Origin: an uncultured Hyphomicrobiales bacterium
Lineage (GTDB): Bacteria > Bacteroidota > Ignavibacteria > Kapaibacteriales > UBA2268
Direction: 5' to 3'
DNA length: 64,000 bases
NCBI GenBank assembly: GCA_964650885.1
Contig: CAZYXG010000002.1
Location: 7,696-71,695, forward strand
Shown here: positions 1-9,652 of the stretch, piece by piece
Numbering within the stretch: position 1 is the stretch's first letter
Layout of the letters: each line of letters starts with the position of its first letter
Notes under the pieces: generated by a model
The model's database searches: none
What the model saw: only the letters and a program-made list of their open reading frames with translations
Told to the model about the DNA's origin: nothing
Translations under genes and position numbers: made by a program

Positions 1-379
1 TCTTTTCAATTGCTTGAGCCACAATTTGATTTACGTTGAATTCGCCTGTAACAATTGCTTCTTTCTGCAAATTAGGTAATGACTTCAACTTAATATTAAA
101 GCTATCTTGTCCATTGGTTTCAATTTTCTTTATCTCATAGCCAATTGAGGAAATTTGTAAAACAGCATTTCCAGAATTTGGCAAATAGAAGATTCCATAC
201 CTATTTGTATAGGAAACTTTCTTGTTGGTCAAATCTTTGATTTTCGCACCTGCTAGTGCTGTTCCAGTTTCCGAATCCACCACTTTGCCTAAGATTCTGC
301 CTGTTGCAAAGCTATAACTAAAACTCAATACGAACGTTAATGTAAATAAGAAAAGTAACTTATTAGAAATTGGTTTCAT
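1..379 (-). CDS. N-terminal fragment (runs off the window start) of a TonB-dependent/SusC-like outer-membrane receptor with a carboxypeptidase-regulatory-like domain
   Basis: The reverse-complement translation begins MKPISNKLLFLFTLTFVLSFSYSFATGRILGKVVDSETGTALAGAKIKDL...KEAIVTGEF. That is a signal peptide, a CarbopepD_reg-like motif (GxIxGxVxDxxTGxPLxGAxI) and the start of a plug region. The ATG is the reverse complement of 377-379. The ORF is open to position 1, so it is absent from the supplied track. Confidence 0.55.
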   Translation of the reverse strand, partial: MKPISNKLLFLFTLTFVLSFSYSFATGRILGKVVDSETGTALAGAKIKDLTNKKVSYTNRYGIFYLPNSGNAVLQISSIGYEIKKIETNGQDSFNIKLKSLPNLQKEAIVTGEFNVNQIVAQAIEK

Positions 380-447
380 AAAATTTCATTTTAAATCAAA
401 AATAATAAGTTAAATTTACGGAATCTTAAACTCAAAGTTTCTTAAAA

Positions 448-1062
448 ATGAAAAGTTTGCTAATTATTTTAATATTTGCCCCAATTATTGCATTTGCTCA
501 ATTGCTGCCAGGTGGCGAAAAAGAACGCTACGAAGAAAGCAAAGACAACCTTGGCGGGGCAGGGAGTTTATACTCCACTTACGAGCTTAAAGGAATGACC
601 CTTAGCGATAATTTTTCTGTTGAATTTTCAACAAAGCAGGGATTTCTTTTCAATAAACTTGTTGTGGGTGGGAACATTAATTTCAGATTGACAAAAACTG
701 TGGAAGACCCACGCTATGTGGATATTAAAAATGTGCAACCCTATTTTACATACAACCACTTGGGTCCATTTGTGGATTACATAATTCCGATTAGCAGCAA
801 AGCTATGCTTACAATTGGAACTCTTGCCAATATTGGCTACACAAGCTATGAGCTATCCAATACTGGGCTGGGCAATACTCCAATTGGCGATTTCTTCTTA
901 ATAGCTGAGCCAAATGTGAACTTTTCCTATAAAGTATATAACAACTATAGATTGAACCTTGGAGCAAGCTACCGCAAAACATTCTCTCTGGGTAGAACTG
1001 CCTACCCAGCCGACTACTTCTCTGGATATGGAATAAGTTTAGGTGTTAAGATAGTGAATTAA
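448..1062 (+). CDS. small outer-membrane beta-barrel-like protein with a signal peptide
   Basis: N-terminal MKSLLIILIFAPIIAFAQ signal peptide. The 204-aa body has alternating aromatic/hydrophobic patterns and is Gly/Tyr rich, typical of small OM barrels. No specific family recognised. Confidence 0.45.
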   Translation: MKSLLIILIFAPIIAFAQLLPGGEKERYEESKDNLGGAGSLYSTYELKGMTLSDNFSVEFSTKQGFLFNKLVVGGNINFRLTKTVEDPRYVDIKNVQPYFTYNHLGPFVDYIIPISSKAMLTIGTLANIGYTSYELSNTGLGNTPIGDFFLIAEPNVNFSYKVYNNYRLNLGASYRKTFSLGRTAYPADYFSGYGISLGVKIVN

Positions 1063-1108
1063 TAGAGTTGTTTATATAGCAATTTGTTATTAATTTACAA
1101 AAGTAAAT

Positions 1109-1395
1109 ATGAAAAACAACAAGAAATAGAAAAAGAATTAAAAGAGCTGTTACCTAGCATAAGTAGGAAATACTTTGTAGTAAACTAGGATATTTCGGCT
1201 CTAATGCAAAGAACAAACAAACTATTGATTCGGATATTGATGTAATAATTAAATTTTCAAAACTATTTTGATGGGTTTTTTTGATTTACAAACACTATTA
1301 GAAACTAAATTGAATTTAAAAGTAGATTTACTTACAGAAAAGGTTTAAAAGAACATCTAAAAGAAAGAATTCTTAGCGAAGTGAGATATTTGTGA
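1109..1395 (+). pseudogene. frameshifted MNT-type (DNA polymerase beta-like) nucleotidyltransferase, as in toxin-antitoxin antitoxins
   Basis: Three frames together spell MKNNKK / EIEKELKELLPSISRKYFVVN / KLGYFGSNAKNKQTIDSDIDVIIKFSKLF / DLQTLLETKLNLKVDLLTEK / GLKEHLKERILSEVRYL*. This is the canonical GS-x9-11-DxD nucleotidyltransferase motif plus the characteristic C-terminal LxxKVDLVTxxxLKxxLKERILxEVxYL. At least three frame disruptions are visible; the first lies in the A-run at 1121-1135. Confidence 0.6.
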
Positions 1396-1545
1396 AGAAA
1401 TTAATTCAACATCTATAGATTTAGAACTTAAGAGATTACTTAAATCTTTAAATAGCTCAGAATTTTCATTTCTAATTAAAATTTTACTCCCACCTAAATA
1501 TTTATTCAATAACTTTTGTAAAGTTTGTGATGACATATTTACCTC

Positions 1546-3219
1546 TTAAACTTCCTGTACAAATGTTTTTTCTTTTTCAAATACTGTTTTAATTATTCGG
1601 AAATCTTTCCAGTCCAGACTTTTCTTGAGGTGTTTATGGTCTAATTGGTTTGAATGGCAATCTATACACAGTACTTTTAAATTTCTTGGCTCATCGTCAA
1701 ATTTTCTAAAGTTTTTGTGGTGGGTGTGCAAATATTTCATTTCTTCGGCAGAAGTCGGTCTCCAGCTACATTCTTCGCAAGTGTTGTTTCTCATTTTTTT
1801 AATTAACTTAGAATATACTTTCCAATCTTCAGAATAAACATTGGGGATATATTCATAATCAAAAACGAAATCCGAAGGTAATAATAAAACTTCCTTATTT
1901 TCTTCAATCTCAAATATTTCTGTGTGTATATATTCATTGAGCAACTTTGCTTCATTGAATTTTATTGGCTCCAGCACTTTATTTCTGCGAAGCTTACTGA
2001 AATTGAAATTATAAATATTCAAACAGTTCTTGCATATATGCAATTCTTGCTCTTCTGTATCTATGATTATTTCATTCTTATCGCTATATAAGCGGTATTT
2101 GAAGAAGTTATCGGAGCGGCTGGAAATGGAATATCTAAACCCCTTGTCCTTGGTTCGCATATCCTGAATTGTCTGGCAATTATAAATATGATAGCGGTGC
2201 AAATCCTCTGTTTTTGTCCCTTTTTGAATAAATCCATCTTGAATATAAACAGCAACTTTATAATATTTACCATCTTCTTCGAACCTCAAAGACTGATCGA
2301 ATAGAGTTTCCACTCTATCCAAATTCTGCGACTCAAAGTATTTAGTTGCGTTTTCTAATTCATTTTTGTTGAGTTTAGTGATTCGTTCATAAGCCTCTTC
2401 AATGTGTTTAGTAATTTGAGTATATTGGAATTCAATCTTTTCTTTATCGGATTTCAAATTCGTTATTAATTCATTATAGCTTATTCTTTCTTTACGAAGT
2501 TTTTCCAAATCATTATTGAGTTCAGTGATTTTGGCAGTATAATCCACAATGAGTTGTTTCTTTTCTTCTTTCAGTCGCTCTATACTTGCAAGCTGCAATT
2601 CTTTTTCTTTTTTCAGCTGAGGCACTTGCCTTGCTAAAAACATTTGTTTTTTCATTTCCTTAGTGGTTATATCCACTTCGTCAGAAAGCCGAGAAAGTCT
2701 TTGTCTATAATCTTTGTCTATTCTGTTAAGTTCTTTTTCTAATCTAATATTTTCTTTCTTTTGGATATCTCTTTCTTCGGAAAGCTCTTTTAATTGTGCA
2801 TCTTTGGAAAATAAATCTTTCTTAAGTTTAATTATTATTTTGGAGAAAGTATCATTAGATTTTTCCAAATCCATATTTTTTGCAGTAAGTTTTTGTAGTT
2901 CTTTCTGCAAATTATATAAATCTCTAATGCTTCGAAACACTTCATTTAGCTCTTCGTTGTTTGCTTTGAATCTATTCAAATGTAAAAACACTCTCAAGCG
3001 AAGTATCTCAAAGTCAATACCATAACCATCTCTATTTATGCTATAAATTTTCTCAAATAAATCTTCAAATTCATTTTTAAATTCAGCAAAATATTTTGGC
3101 TTGTGGTCGTTGAAATTAATAATAGATAGCAAATCATTATGCAGTTTTGCAATATCTATTTTTATTATTCTCTTACTACCACCAAAATGGGTATTTAATA
3201 ATGTTATAATATCATTCAT
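1546..3219 (-). CDS. large coiled-coil protein with a C-terminal HNH endonuclease domain (Zn-ribbon type)
   Basis: 557-aa ORF. Residues ~100-300 are heptad-rich and K/E/L-rich (coiled coil). The C-terminus reads CEECSWRPTSAEEMKYLHTHHKNFRKFDDEPRNLKVLCIDCHSNQ, i.e. CxxC...HH...N...CxxCH, the HNH motif. The N-terminal ~90 aa and a middle Cys/His-containing domain (HICKNC) were not recognised. Confidence 0.7.
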   Translation of the reverse strand: MNDIITLLNTHFGGSKRIIKIDIAKLHNDLLSIINFNDHKPKYFAEFKNEFEDLFEKIYSINRDGYGIDFEILRLRVFLHLNRFKANNEELNEVFRSIRDLYNLQKELQKLTAKNMDLEKSNDTFSKIIIKLKKDLFSKDAQLKELSEERDIQKKENIRLEKELNRIDKDYRQRLSRLSDEVDITTKEMKKQMFLARQVPQLKKEKELQLASIERLKEEKKQLIVDYTAKITELNNDLEKLRKERISYNELITNLKSDKEKIEFQYTQITKHIEEAYERITKLNKNELENATKYFESQNLDRVETLFDQSLRFEEDGKYYKVAVYIQDGFIQKGTKTEDLHRYHIYNCQTIQDMRTKDKGFRYSISSRSDNFFKYRLYSDKNEIIIDTEEQELHICKNCLNIYNFNFSKLRRNKVLEPIKFNEAKLLNEYIHTEIFEIEENKEVLLLPSDFVFDYEYIPNVYSEDWKVYSKLIKKMRNNTCEECSWRPTSAEEMKYLHTHHKNFRKFDDEPRNLKVLCIDCHSNQLDHKHLKKSLDWKDFRIIKTVFEKEKTFVQEV

Positions 3220-3243
3220 CTAATTCCAAGTATTCGGTTTGAA

Positions 3244-4017
3244 TTATTTACCTTTAGCTTTAAAAGATTTAATGTAATCTTTTGTGAATTCCGATAGCAC
3301 CAATCTTCCACTAATTTCTGCTCTTTCAAATAGCAATTTATCCCAGTTCTCAGTTCCTTCCCAAAGTACTTTTTTCAAATCAGCCATTGCCGCAGGACTA
3401 TTATTTGCAAGTTTTGTGGCAAGTTTTTCAAGTGATGCATCAAGTTCTTCAATTGTGAGAAATATATGTGAATAAAGTCCTTTTTGATAGCACCAATCTC
3501 CAGCATACCAATCAAAATCAATTGACATTTGAGAATATGCCGCTTTGCCTATCTTTCGTTCTACTGCTGGCCCAACAACAAATGGCCCAATGCCAAGTGC
3601 TAATTCAGATAATTTAGCATCTGCCCCAGCAACTGCAAAAGTATAATCGCCAGCTGAAGCCAAGCCAACTCCACCGCCAACTGCTTTGCCATGCACTCTC
3701 ACAATCACAAACTTTGGTGCAGTCCGCATAGCGTTTATTACTTTAGCAAAGCCAGAAAAGAATTTTTTTCCAACTTCAAAATCAGTAATTTCCAGTAATT
3801 CATCGAATGAAGCACCCGCACAAAATGCTCCTTTACCTTCACTTTCCAGAATAATTACATTCGCATCGACAGAATTCCCAGCTTCTTTAATTTTCTCAGC
3901 AAGCTCTTCAAGTATTGCTCCTGGCAATGAATTGCTATTTGGTGTACCAAATTTAATTCTTGCAATTTTATTTTCTATTTTAAGGTTTACAAAGCCTAAA
4001 CTCATTTTTCTGTCCAA
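3244..4017 (-). CDS. enoyl-CoA hydratase/isomerase (crotonase) family protein
   Basis: 257 aa. GKGAFCAGASFDEL and VRVHGKAVGGGVGLASAGDYTFA motifs are typical of the crotonase fold. Confidence 0.75.
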   Translation of the reverse strand: MDRKMSLGFVNLKIENKIARIKFGTPNSNSLPGAILEELAEKIKEAGNSVDANVIILESEGKGAFCAGASFDELLEITDFEVGKKFFSGFAKVINAMRTAPKFVIVRVHGKAVGGGVGLASAGDYTFAVAGADAKLSELALGIGPFVVGPAVERKIGKAAYSQMSIDFDWYAGDWCYQKGLYSHIFLTIEELDASLEKLATKLANNSPAAMADLKKVLWEGTENWDKLLFERAEISGRLVLSEFTKDYIKSFKAKGK

Positions 4018-4093
4018 TTTTAATTAATTTTGCATCTAAAACGTTTCCTAAAATAAGTAACATCCGCTAAAAATAATAACAAATACTGAAAAA

Positions 4094-4849
4094 ATGAGAC
4101 ACTATATTGTAGATGCGCATAACTTAATTCATAAAGATATAGAGTTAAAGAAGCTTTTGCCAAATAAGTTGGAGTTGGCTCGCATAAAATTTCTTGAATT
4201 AATCAATTCGTTTGCTAATCGCTATCCAAAATTTAAAATCTCAGTTGTCTATGATGGGGTGTTAAAAGAAGTATATTCAGAGAAAACAAATGTATATATC
4301 TATGAAGCTGGACCTTACCAAAAAGCTGATGATATTATCAAAAAGTTTATTCGTGAGGAGCATAAAACAAAAAACTGCACAATAGCAAGTTCAGATTTAG
4401 AAATTATTGATTATGCAAGATTGCATTTATGTAACTATATCAGTGCTGAAAATTTTCTATATGAACTGAAATTCGCAAAAGCTGGTAAAGTGGGTAGAAG
4501 AGATATTGATGGAGTGAAACCAGTTAATTTATCAGAATTGGGAAAAACTGAATCTGAATCATTCCTAGCTTTTTTTGAAGATAACCCATTAGATGAGAAT
4601 TTAAATCCGAGTCCAAAGGAAATAAAACCCAAGAAGAAAGTGAAATACGTTGCCAAAGCAGAGCCACCTGTGGATTTGGACACAGTTGATTTAATTAATT
4701 ATTTCAAAACAGGCGAATTAAATAAAGAAACTGAGAAAAGATTGAAGGATACCAAGAAAACTGAAACAGTAGATTTAAAGAAAATCAATAAAAATGCTTA
4801 CGATGTGGACGATAGCGAATTATTAGCGGCATTTTTAAGCCCAGATTAA
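4094..4849 (+). CDS. NYN-domain (YacP/Rae1-like) predicted ribonuclease with a Lys-rich C-terminal extension
   Basis: The layout HYIVDAHNLI ... ISVVYDG ... YEAGPYQKADDIIKKFI ... TIASSDLEI parallels B. subtilis YacP: VDGYN..., VVFD..., TADERIEKL..., VATSDY.... The C-terminal ~90 aa are K/E/D rich. Confidence 0.5.
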   Translation: MRHYIVDAHNLIHKDIELKKLLPNKLELARIKFLELINSFANRYPKFKISVVYDGVLKEVYSEKTNVYIYEAGPYQKADDIIKKFIREEHKTKNCTIASSDLEIIDYARLHLCNYISAENFLYELKFAKAGKVGRRDIDGVKPVNLSELGKTESESFLAFFEDNPLDENLNPSPKEIKPKKKVKYVAKAEPPVDLDTVDLINYFKTGELNKETEKRLKDTKKTETVDLKKINKNAYDVDDSELLAAFLSPD

Positions 4850-5700
4850 CCACGCTGAGTTATCACTACTCCAGTAATAATAATAGCTCCACCGATTGCT
4901 AACTGCCAGCTAATCAGTGAATTTAAAAAGAAATAACCCATTATAGCTGTAAGAATTGGCTGTAAGTTATTAAAAATAGATACTTTGCTTGCGTCAGTTT
5001 TGGAAAGTGCATAGTACCATAAAGCATAGCCAACGCCACTAGTTATTGCACCCAAATAGAAGATTTGAAACCAATTGAAATTTGTAAATTTATCAATTTC
5101 TATATGGTAGGGAAGAAAATAATAAATTGGAATATACAAAGCGAAACCTATAAACATAGTTAAAGCTGTGGTATAGATGGGCCCATATTTATTGGTACAT
5201 TCTTTACCTATAATCGTATATAATGCCCAAGATAAGCTTGCCAAAAGAGCCAAAATATCGCCTATCAAACCACCTTCGCTCAAAGAAAATTTTTCTGATA
5301 AAACTAATAATGTTCCTCCGATAGCTATGAAAATACCAGCAGTTTTTAAAAAAGTAGATTTCTCATTATGAAACAAAATTGATATTATCAATACAAAAAG
5401 GGGAGTTAGAGCATAAGCTAAAGCCACGTGTGGGGCTGTGGTCATTTCCATGCTTTTCAGAAATAAAAACTGATTTATTGGGATATTGATAAACCCTAGT
5501 AATATCAATACTGTCCAATCTTTTCTCTCTATTTTAGGCAACCCTTTTCTGCGAATCAAATACCACAAACCAAATACTATAGTCACTGTAAGTCCACGAA
5601 AGAAAAGTACAGTCGGAGGTGCAATTGTTTGAGTGATTGATTTTGCAATAATGTGAGTGCCAGAAGCAATTAATTGCTGGAGAAGTATGATTAAATACAT
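4846..5700 (-). CDS. EamA/DMT-family transporter
   Basis: 284 aa with ~10 predicted TM helices in two halves, each with an EamA-like GxxxG pattern. It overlaps the convergent neighbour's 3' end by 4 nt. Confidence 0.7.
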   Translation of the reverse strand: MYLIILLQQLIASGTHIIAKSITQTIAPPTVLFFRGLTVTIVFGLWYLIRRKGLPKIERKDWTVLILLGFINIPINQFLFLKSMEMTTAPHVALAYALTPLFVLIISILFHNEKSTFLKTAGIFIAIGGTLLVLSEKFSLSEGGLIGDILALLASLSWALYTIIGKECTNKYGPIYTTALTMFIGFALYIPIYYFLPYHIEIDKFTNFNWFQIFYLGAITSGVGYALWYYALSKTDASKVSIFNNLQPILTAIMGYFFLNSLISWQLAIGGAIIITGVVITQRG

Positions 5701-6819
5701 TTATTTTTTTATTTTTTGCTGATTTAGAATATTCAAAATTATATCTTTTTGAGATTCGTAGCAGTTAATTTTTGCAGAAACAAGTGCATTTTCTTTAAAT
5801 TTAGAAAAGTTATTGTCGAAGACATCTTCAATTTCTTTTGCTAAAAGTTTTGATTGTGGAAATGAATCTATTGTAACTCCAATATTAAACTTATTGATTA
5901 CTTCAGAAAGCGATGCTAAGTTTGTAGCTAAAACTGGAAGTCCAGCCATTGCGTATTCGAATAATTTATTAGGTAAAGCCATTTCGTAAGACATACTTAT
6001 TGGTTGGAACAAACACAAACCTAAATTGGCAGAACAAGTATATTCGTGTAAGTCGTTATAATCTAAATATCCTGTAAAAAAAACTCTTTGCTCTAACTTC
6101 AAAGACTTAACCAACTCTTGATAGTGGCGATATTCAGGACCTTCTCCAATTATGCAAAGTACGTAATCGCTTGGCAAAAAAGGCATTGCAGAAATAGATT
6201 CTTCCAAACCACGACCCTTATGCAGTACTCCTTGATAAAGCAATATTCTTGCACTTTCGGGAAGTCCAAACCTAACACTAATAATTCTACTTTTCTTATA
6301 TTCTCGGAATGGAGGAAAGTTATAAAGTTCAGTAAAGTTTGAATTTGAAGAAAAGTTACTGTATAGGTATTCGGTATCCAATTTACCACTTGTATAAACC
6401 AAGTCGCAAGTTTGAATATATTTTTTCTCAATTGATGAAATTAAAAATTGGCGTAGTGGCTTAGTAGTCAGAGAGCCAAGTTTGGAATAAATTTCTCGTG
6501 AGTCATAAATTAAAATTGATTTTCCATTTGCCATTTTTGAAGCAGCAGGCAATGAATATAAATCTGAAGCAATAACAATATCGAACTGATTTGCTAAATC
6601 AAAATCATAAATTGCTTTCGTGAATAATAACCATCTAAGCCAAGAGTTTTTCTGATTTGCCAAATCAATAAATCTCTCTTGGATTCTCGATTGCTTATTA
6701 CTAATTGATATTGTGATTAATTCAAATTCCGAAAACGAACGAATCATATTGACCAAATTCGCACTGCGAGCGTCATAAGCCAAATCGGAAAATGAAATCA
6801 GACAAACTTTCTTCGCCAT
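5701..6819 (-). CDS. glycosyltransferase family 4 (GT-B fold)
   Basis: The C-terminal motif EYAMAGLPVLATNLASLSEVI matches the GT4 E-x7-E region, and the length (372 aa) fits. Confidence 0.75.
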   Translation of the reverse strand: MAKKVCLISFSDLAYDARSANLVNMIRSFSEFELITISISNKQSRIQERFIDLANQKNSWLRWLLFTKAIYDFDLANQFDIVIASDLYSLPAASKMANGKSILIYDSREIYSKLGSLTTKPLRQFLISSIEKKYIQTCDLVYTSGKLDTEYLYSNFSSNSNFTELYNFPPFREYKKSRIISVRFGLPESARILLYQGVLHKGRGLEESISAMPFLPSDYVLCIIGEGPEYRHYQELVKSLKLEQRVFFTGYLDYNDLHEYTCSANLGLCLFQPISMSYEMALPNKLFEYAMAGLPVLATNLASLSEVINKFNIGVTIDSFPQSKLLAKEIEDVFDNNFSKFKENALVSAKINCYESQKDIILNILNQQKIKK

Positions 6820-6820
6820 T

Positions 6821-9217
6821 CTATTTAACTACAACCACTGGAATAATATTGCTTTCCAAGTCGGATTCAATATGCATATAGTAAATATCAGTTCCCAAAT
6901 TCTCAATAAAGCATTCCCCAAAATATGTTTTGAGTTCACCTTCATTTTCAGAATTGATTAAATCAATTTCCAAATCTTTGATTTTGTTACCCATTGCACC
7001 ATATAGAGCAACTTTTGGTTTACTTTCTAGAGAGTAAGTCATTAAGCTAAAGTTGAATTGACCTTTATTTGGATTTGGGCTTATTTCAGAATAGCGAATG
7101 AAAGGAGTTTTCCCTAAGCTAATAATCTCCAGACTCCAAGGCACTTCGCATCGAGATTTTCCTAATGTTTTTGCACCTTTGGTTAATACTTTCATATTCA
7201 AACTATGCAAAGAACAATTATCTTCAAGTAAAAGTGTATCGTAATCCAACCCAAGCTTTATTGGAGAGAAGCAAATTTCCACATTTAGAGAATCCATTGG
7301 AGGAATAGTAAAAGGAAATTTACTCTTAGGCATAGTAAATCCAACATTTCTTGCCAAATATAAATTATTAATTGTATATGGTTTACTACTAATATTTCTC
7401 ATTTTGAAAGTCTTGCAGCTGCTCTCATAGTTAAATAAAGTATCAAAGTTTAAGGTATTATCAGTATCAAGCATGCTAATATCAAAAACATTGGAATCTA
7501 TTCTAAATTCAACAAACAAAGTATCTGAATATTTACTACAACCAAATTGATTAGTTGCTTTAAAGAAATACTTACCGTCTTTATTAATAGCTTTGTTTCT
7601 TCCTTCTCCAAGTGTTTCTCCACTAGTTTGGTTAAACCATTCTATTTTTGCAAAGTCACTATTTGCATTCAATATTATATCTTTTCCAAAGCAAGGAATA
7701 TCTGGAATTCCATCAATTTTCGGGTCAGGTAGCGGATTGAATGTAATTGAATAAGTGCTAGAATTTGTACAGCCATTAATTCCAATTACATTGAGTACGT
7801 AATTTCCAGATTTAGTAACTTGTATAGAGCGAGTTGTATCGCCTGTATTCCAAAGCAGCTTAGCATTATTAGCAATACTATATATAGTAACAGTATCTCC
7901 ATCGCAAGGAGGGGTTTTGGGATCTACCCCAAAAGTTATATCTGGTTTTGGTAACTTAGTAACAACATATTTTTTAATATCAGTAATATCGCAAACATTT
8001 TTGGAATCATTACTGCTATATGAGTAAAACTCGCCGCTATCATTAACTTTAATTTCAGATTCATAACCACAAAACGAAAAACGTACATTATTTTGAGTAC
8101 TATCTGGTTTTAAAGTTGCAACTTCACCTTCGCAAATAAACACAGAATCAATAGTAATATTTGGCTGCCTAATAGAATTTGTTAATTGATATACTTTAGT
8201 TCCAACTACGATTCCAGTAGTATCATTTGGAAATGACAAGTCGTCTAAATCAGCATTCTCAATACCGCAATTCAATAAAGTCCATGATTTCCCTGCATCG
8301 CAAGTGTAATAAACTGAATTGCCAAAGCCAGCAGCCCACCCAGTTGTAGGGGAAGTTAAATATGTACCAAACATAGCCTTACCAGTAAAAAAATCTCTCC
8401 AAGTTTTACCAAAATCTGTAGAAATTCTAATTCCACCAGAGTTATCTGTAGAACCCGTACATCCAGTTGCATAAGGAACTAATATTGTGTTTTTGTTTGA
8501 AGCTAATTCTTCTTGCCAATCGCTTGCCCCACTTTGTGTCTTAGAAACAGGTGCCCAATCTCCGAAACCACTTTTGCTTGCCCAAAGCCAACCACTTCCA
8601 ATTGCTATAGCATTGCCTAATGGATTAGGATAAATTAGAACATCTGACATTTTAGATTCTGGGAAATCTGTCAATTGTCTTTGCCAACTCAAGCCACCAT
8701 TAGTAGTTCTATAAAATTCTTGAAAAGAACCGCAACCTCCGCCAATAACCATTCCATTATTTTCATCGGTGAAATAATTTCCCCATATTTCACTAGATTT
8801 ATTTGGTGCAATGTCCGACCAAGTTTCACCACCATCATCACTTCTAAAAATTTTGCCTGCCCCAGAGGCATATCCTACTTTTTCACTTACAAATGTAATT
8901 GATTCTAATTGGTAAATACCATTTCTTTCTACAACACTACCTTTCCAAGTTAAACCACCATCGGTTGATCTTAAAATTCTACTTTTATGCCCACATATCC
9001 ACACATAATTTGGATTCGATTTTAAATACCAAACATCCAAATATGCTTCTCCACCTCCTGAAGGTGCAAATCCATTAGGGTAATTTATTTCCACCCACTT
9101 AGGAAACCATTGAGATTTCAATAGGTTAGAGTTGGAAATAAGAAAAAGTAAAGTTAAAATAAGCGTTATGTTTCTTTTCATAGTGTTCATAATTATCAGT
9201 AGTGGTGCGGTTTGCAA
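6821..9217 (-). CDS. secreted BNR/sialidase-like repeat (Ycf48-like beta-propeller) protein with a T9SS C-terminal sorting domain
   Basis: Signal peptide. Repeated SxDGGxTW motifs (STDGGLTWKG, SDDGGETWSD, TTNGGLSWQR, STDFGKTWRD, TCDAGKSWTL). The C-terminal ~80 aa (VALYGAMGNKIKDLEID...GTDIYYMHIES...IIPVVVVK) resemble Por_Secre_tail. Confidence 0.65.
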   Translation of the reverse strand: MQTAPLLIIMNTMKRNITLILTLLFLISNSNLLKSQWFPKWVEINYPNGFAPSGGGEAYLDVWYLKSNPNYVWICGHKSRILRSTDGGLTWKGSVVERNGIYQLESITFVSEKVGYASGAGKIFRSDDGGETWSDIAPNKSSEIWGNYFTDENNGMVIGGGCGSFQEFYRTTNGGLSWQRQLTDFPESKMSDVLIYPNPLGNAIAIGSGWLWASKSGFGDWAPVSKTQSGASDWQEELASNKNTILVPYATGCTGSTDNSGGIRISTDFGKTWRDFFTGKAMFGTYLTSPTTGWAAGFGNSVYYTCDAGKSWTLLNCGIENADLDDLSFPNDTTGIVVGTKVYQLTNSIRQPNITIDSVFICEGEVATLKPDSTQNNVRFSFCGYESEIKVNDSGEFYSYSSNDSKNVCDITDIKKYVVTKLPKPDITFGVDPKTPPCDGDTVTIYSIANNAKLLWNTGDTTRSIQVTKSGNYVLNVIGINGCTNSSTYSITFNPLPDPKIDGIPDIPCFGKDIILNANSDFAKIEWFNQTSGETLGEGRNKAINKDGKYFFKATNQFGCSKYSDTLFVEFRIDSNVFDISMLDTDNTLNFDTLFNYESSCKTFKMRNISSKPYTINNLYLARNVGFTMPKSKFPFTIPPMDSLNVEICFSPIKLGLDYDTLLLEDNCSLHSLNMKVLTKGAKTLGKSRCEVPWSLEIISLGKTPFIRYSEISPNPNKGQFNFSLMTYSLESKPKVALYGAMGNKIKDLEIDLINSENEGELKTYFGECFIENLGTDIYYMHIESDLESNIIPVVVVK

Positions 9218-9652
9218 GTTAGTAATCTTTAGTCAAAAGTAATACTCTGTGTTAATAACTCACAAAATGTTGACTCCTCAGACTAAAATCAAAAAATTAA
9301 CTAAAAATTAATAAAAAAAATTCTAAGTATAGTGATATATACAAGTTCTATTCGTAATTTGATTGTTGATAAAGTTACATTTCTTTATATAAGTTTACGA
9401 AAATAAGCAATTTAGAATTACTTTCTTAACAAACAAATTAACTATTACATAGTTGAATTGTAAGTATTAAATAAATATACAGCTTATAATTTCCAAGAAA
9501 AAAATTTTCAAGTTGAAAAATAAATAATTTTGCAAATTCAAAAAAATGTTTCATTTTCGCTGATTAATAATTTTCAACATTCAAATTTTTGTTAAGAACT
9601 ATTACCAATAAACGTTAATAAACGAATTTTGTTACTAATTTAGGTTCCCCCA
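9218..9652. promoter_or_regulatory. AT-rich divergent intergenic region upstream of dnaA: dnaA promoter and candidate oriC/DnaA-box region
   Basis: 435 bp, very AT-rich, lying between divergently transcribed genes. Only imperfect DnaA-box-like 9-mers are present (TGTTAATAA at ~9250 and TGTTGATAA at ~9364, each one mismatch from TGTGNATAA), plus a tandem AATAAACG repeat at 9607-9624. Confidence 0.3.

Noticed and set aside
1365-1536. A 57-aa minus-strand ORF (MSSQTLQKLLNKYLGGSKILIRNENSELF...) as a HepT-like toxin partner of the MNT pseudogene
   Set aside because: It has no RxxxHxY HEPN motif, overlaps the MNT remnant on the opposite strand, and is below reasonable support.
9218-9652. A confident oriC call with a DnaA-box cluster
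   Set aside because: Only 1-mismatch box-like 9-mers were found, and no perfect TTATCCACA. It is kept as a low-confidence regulatory/origin candidate.
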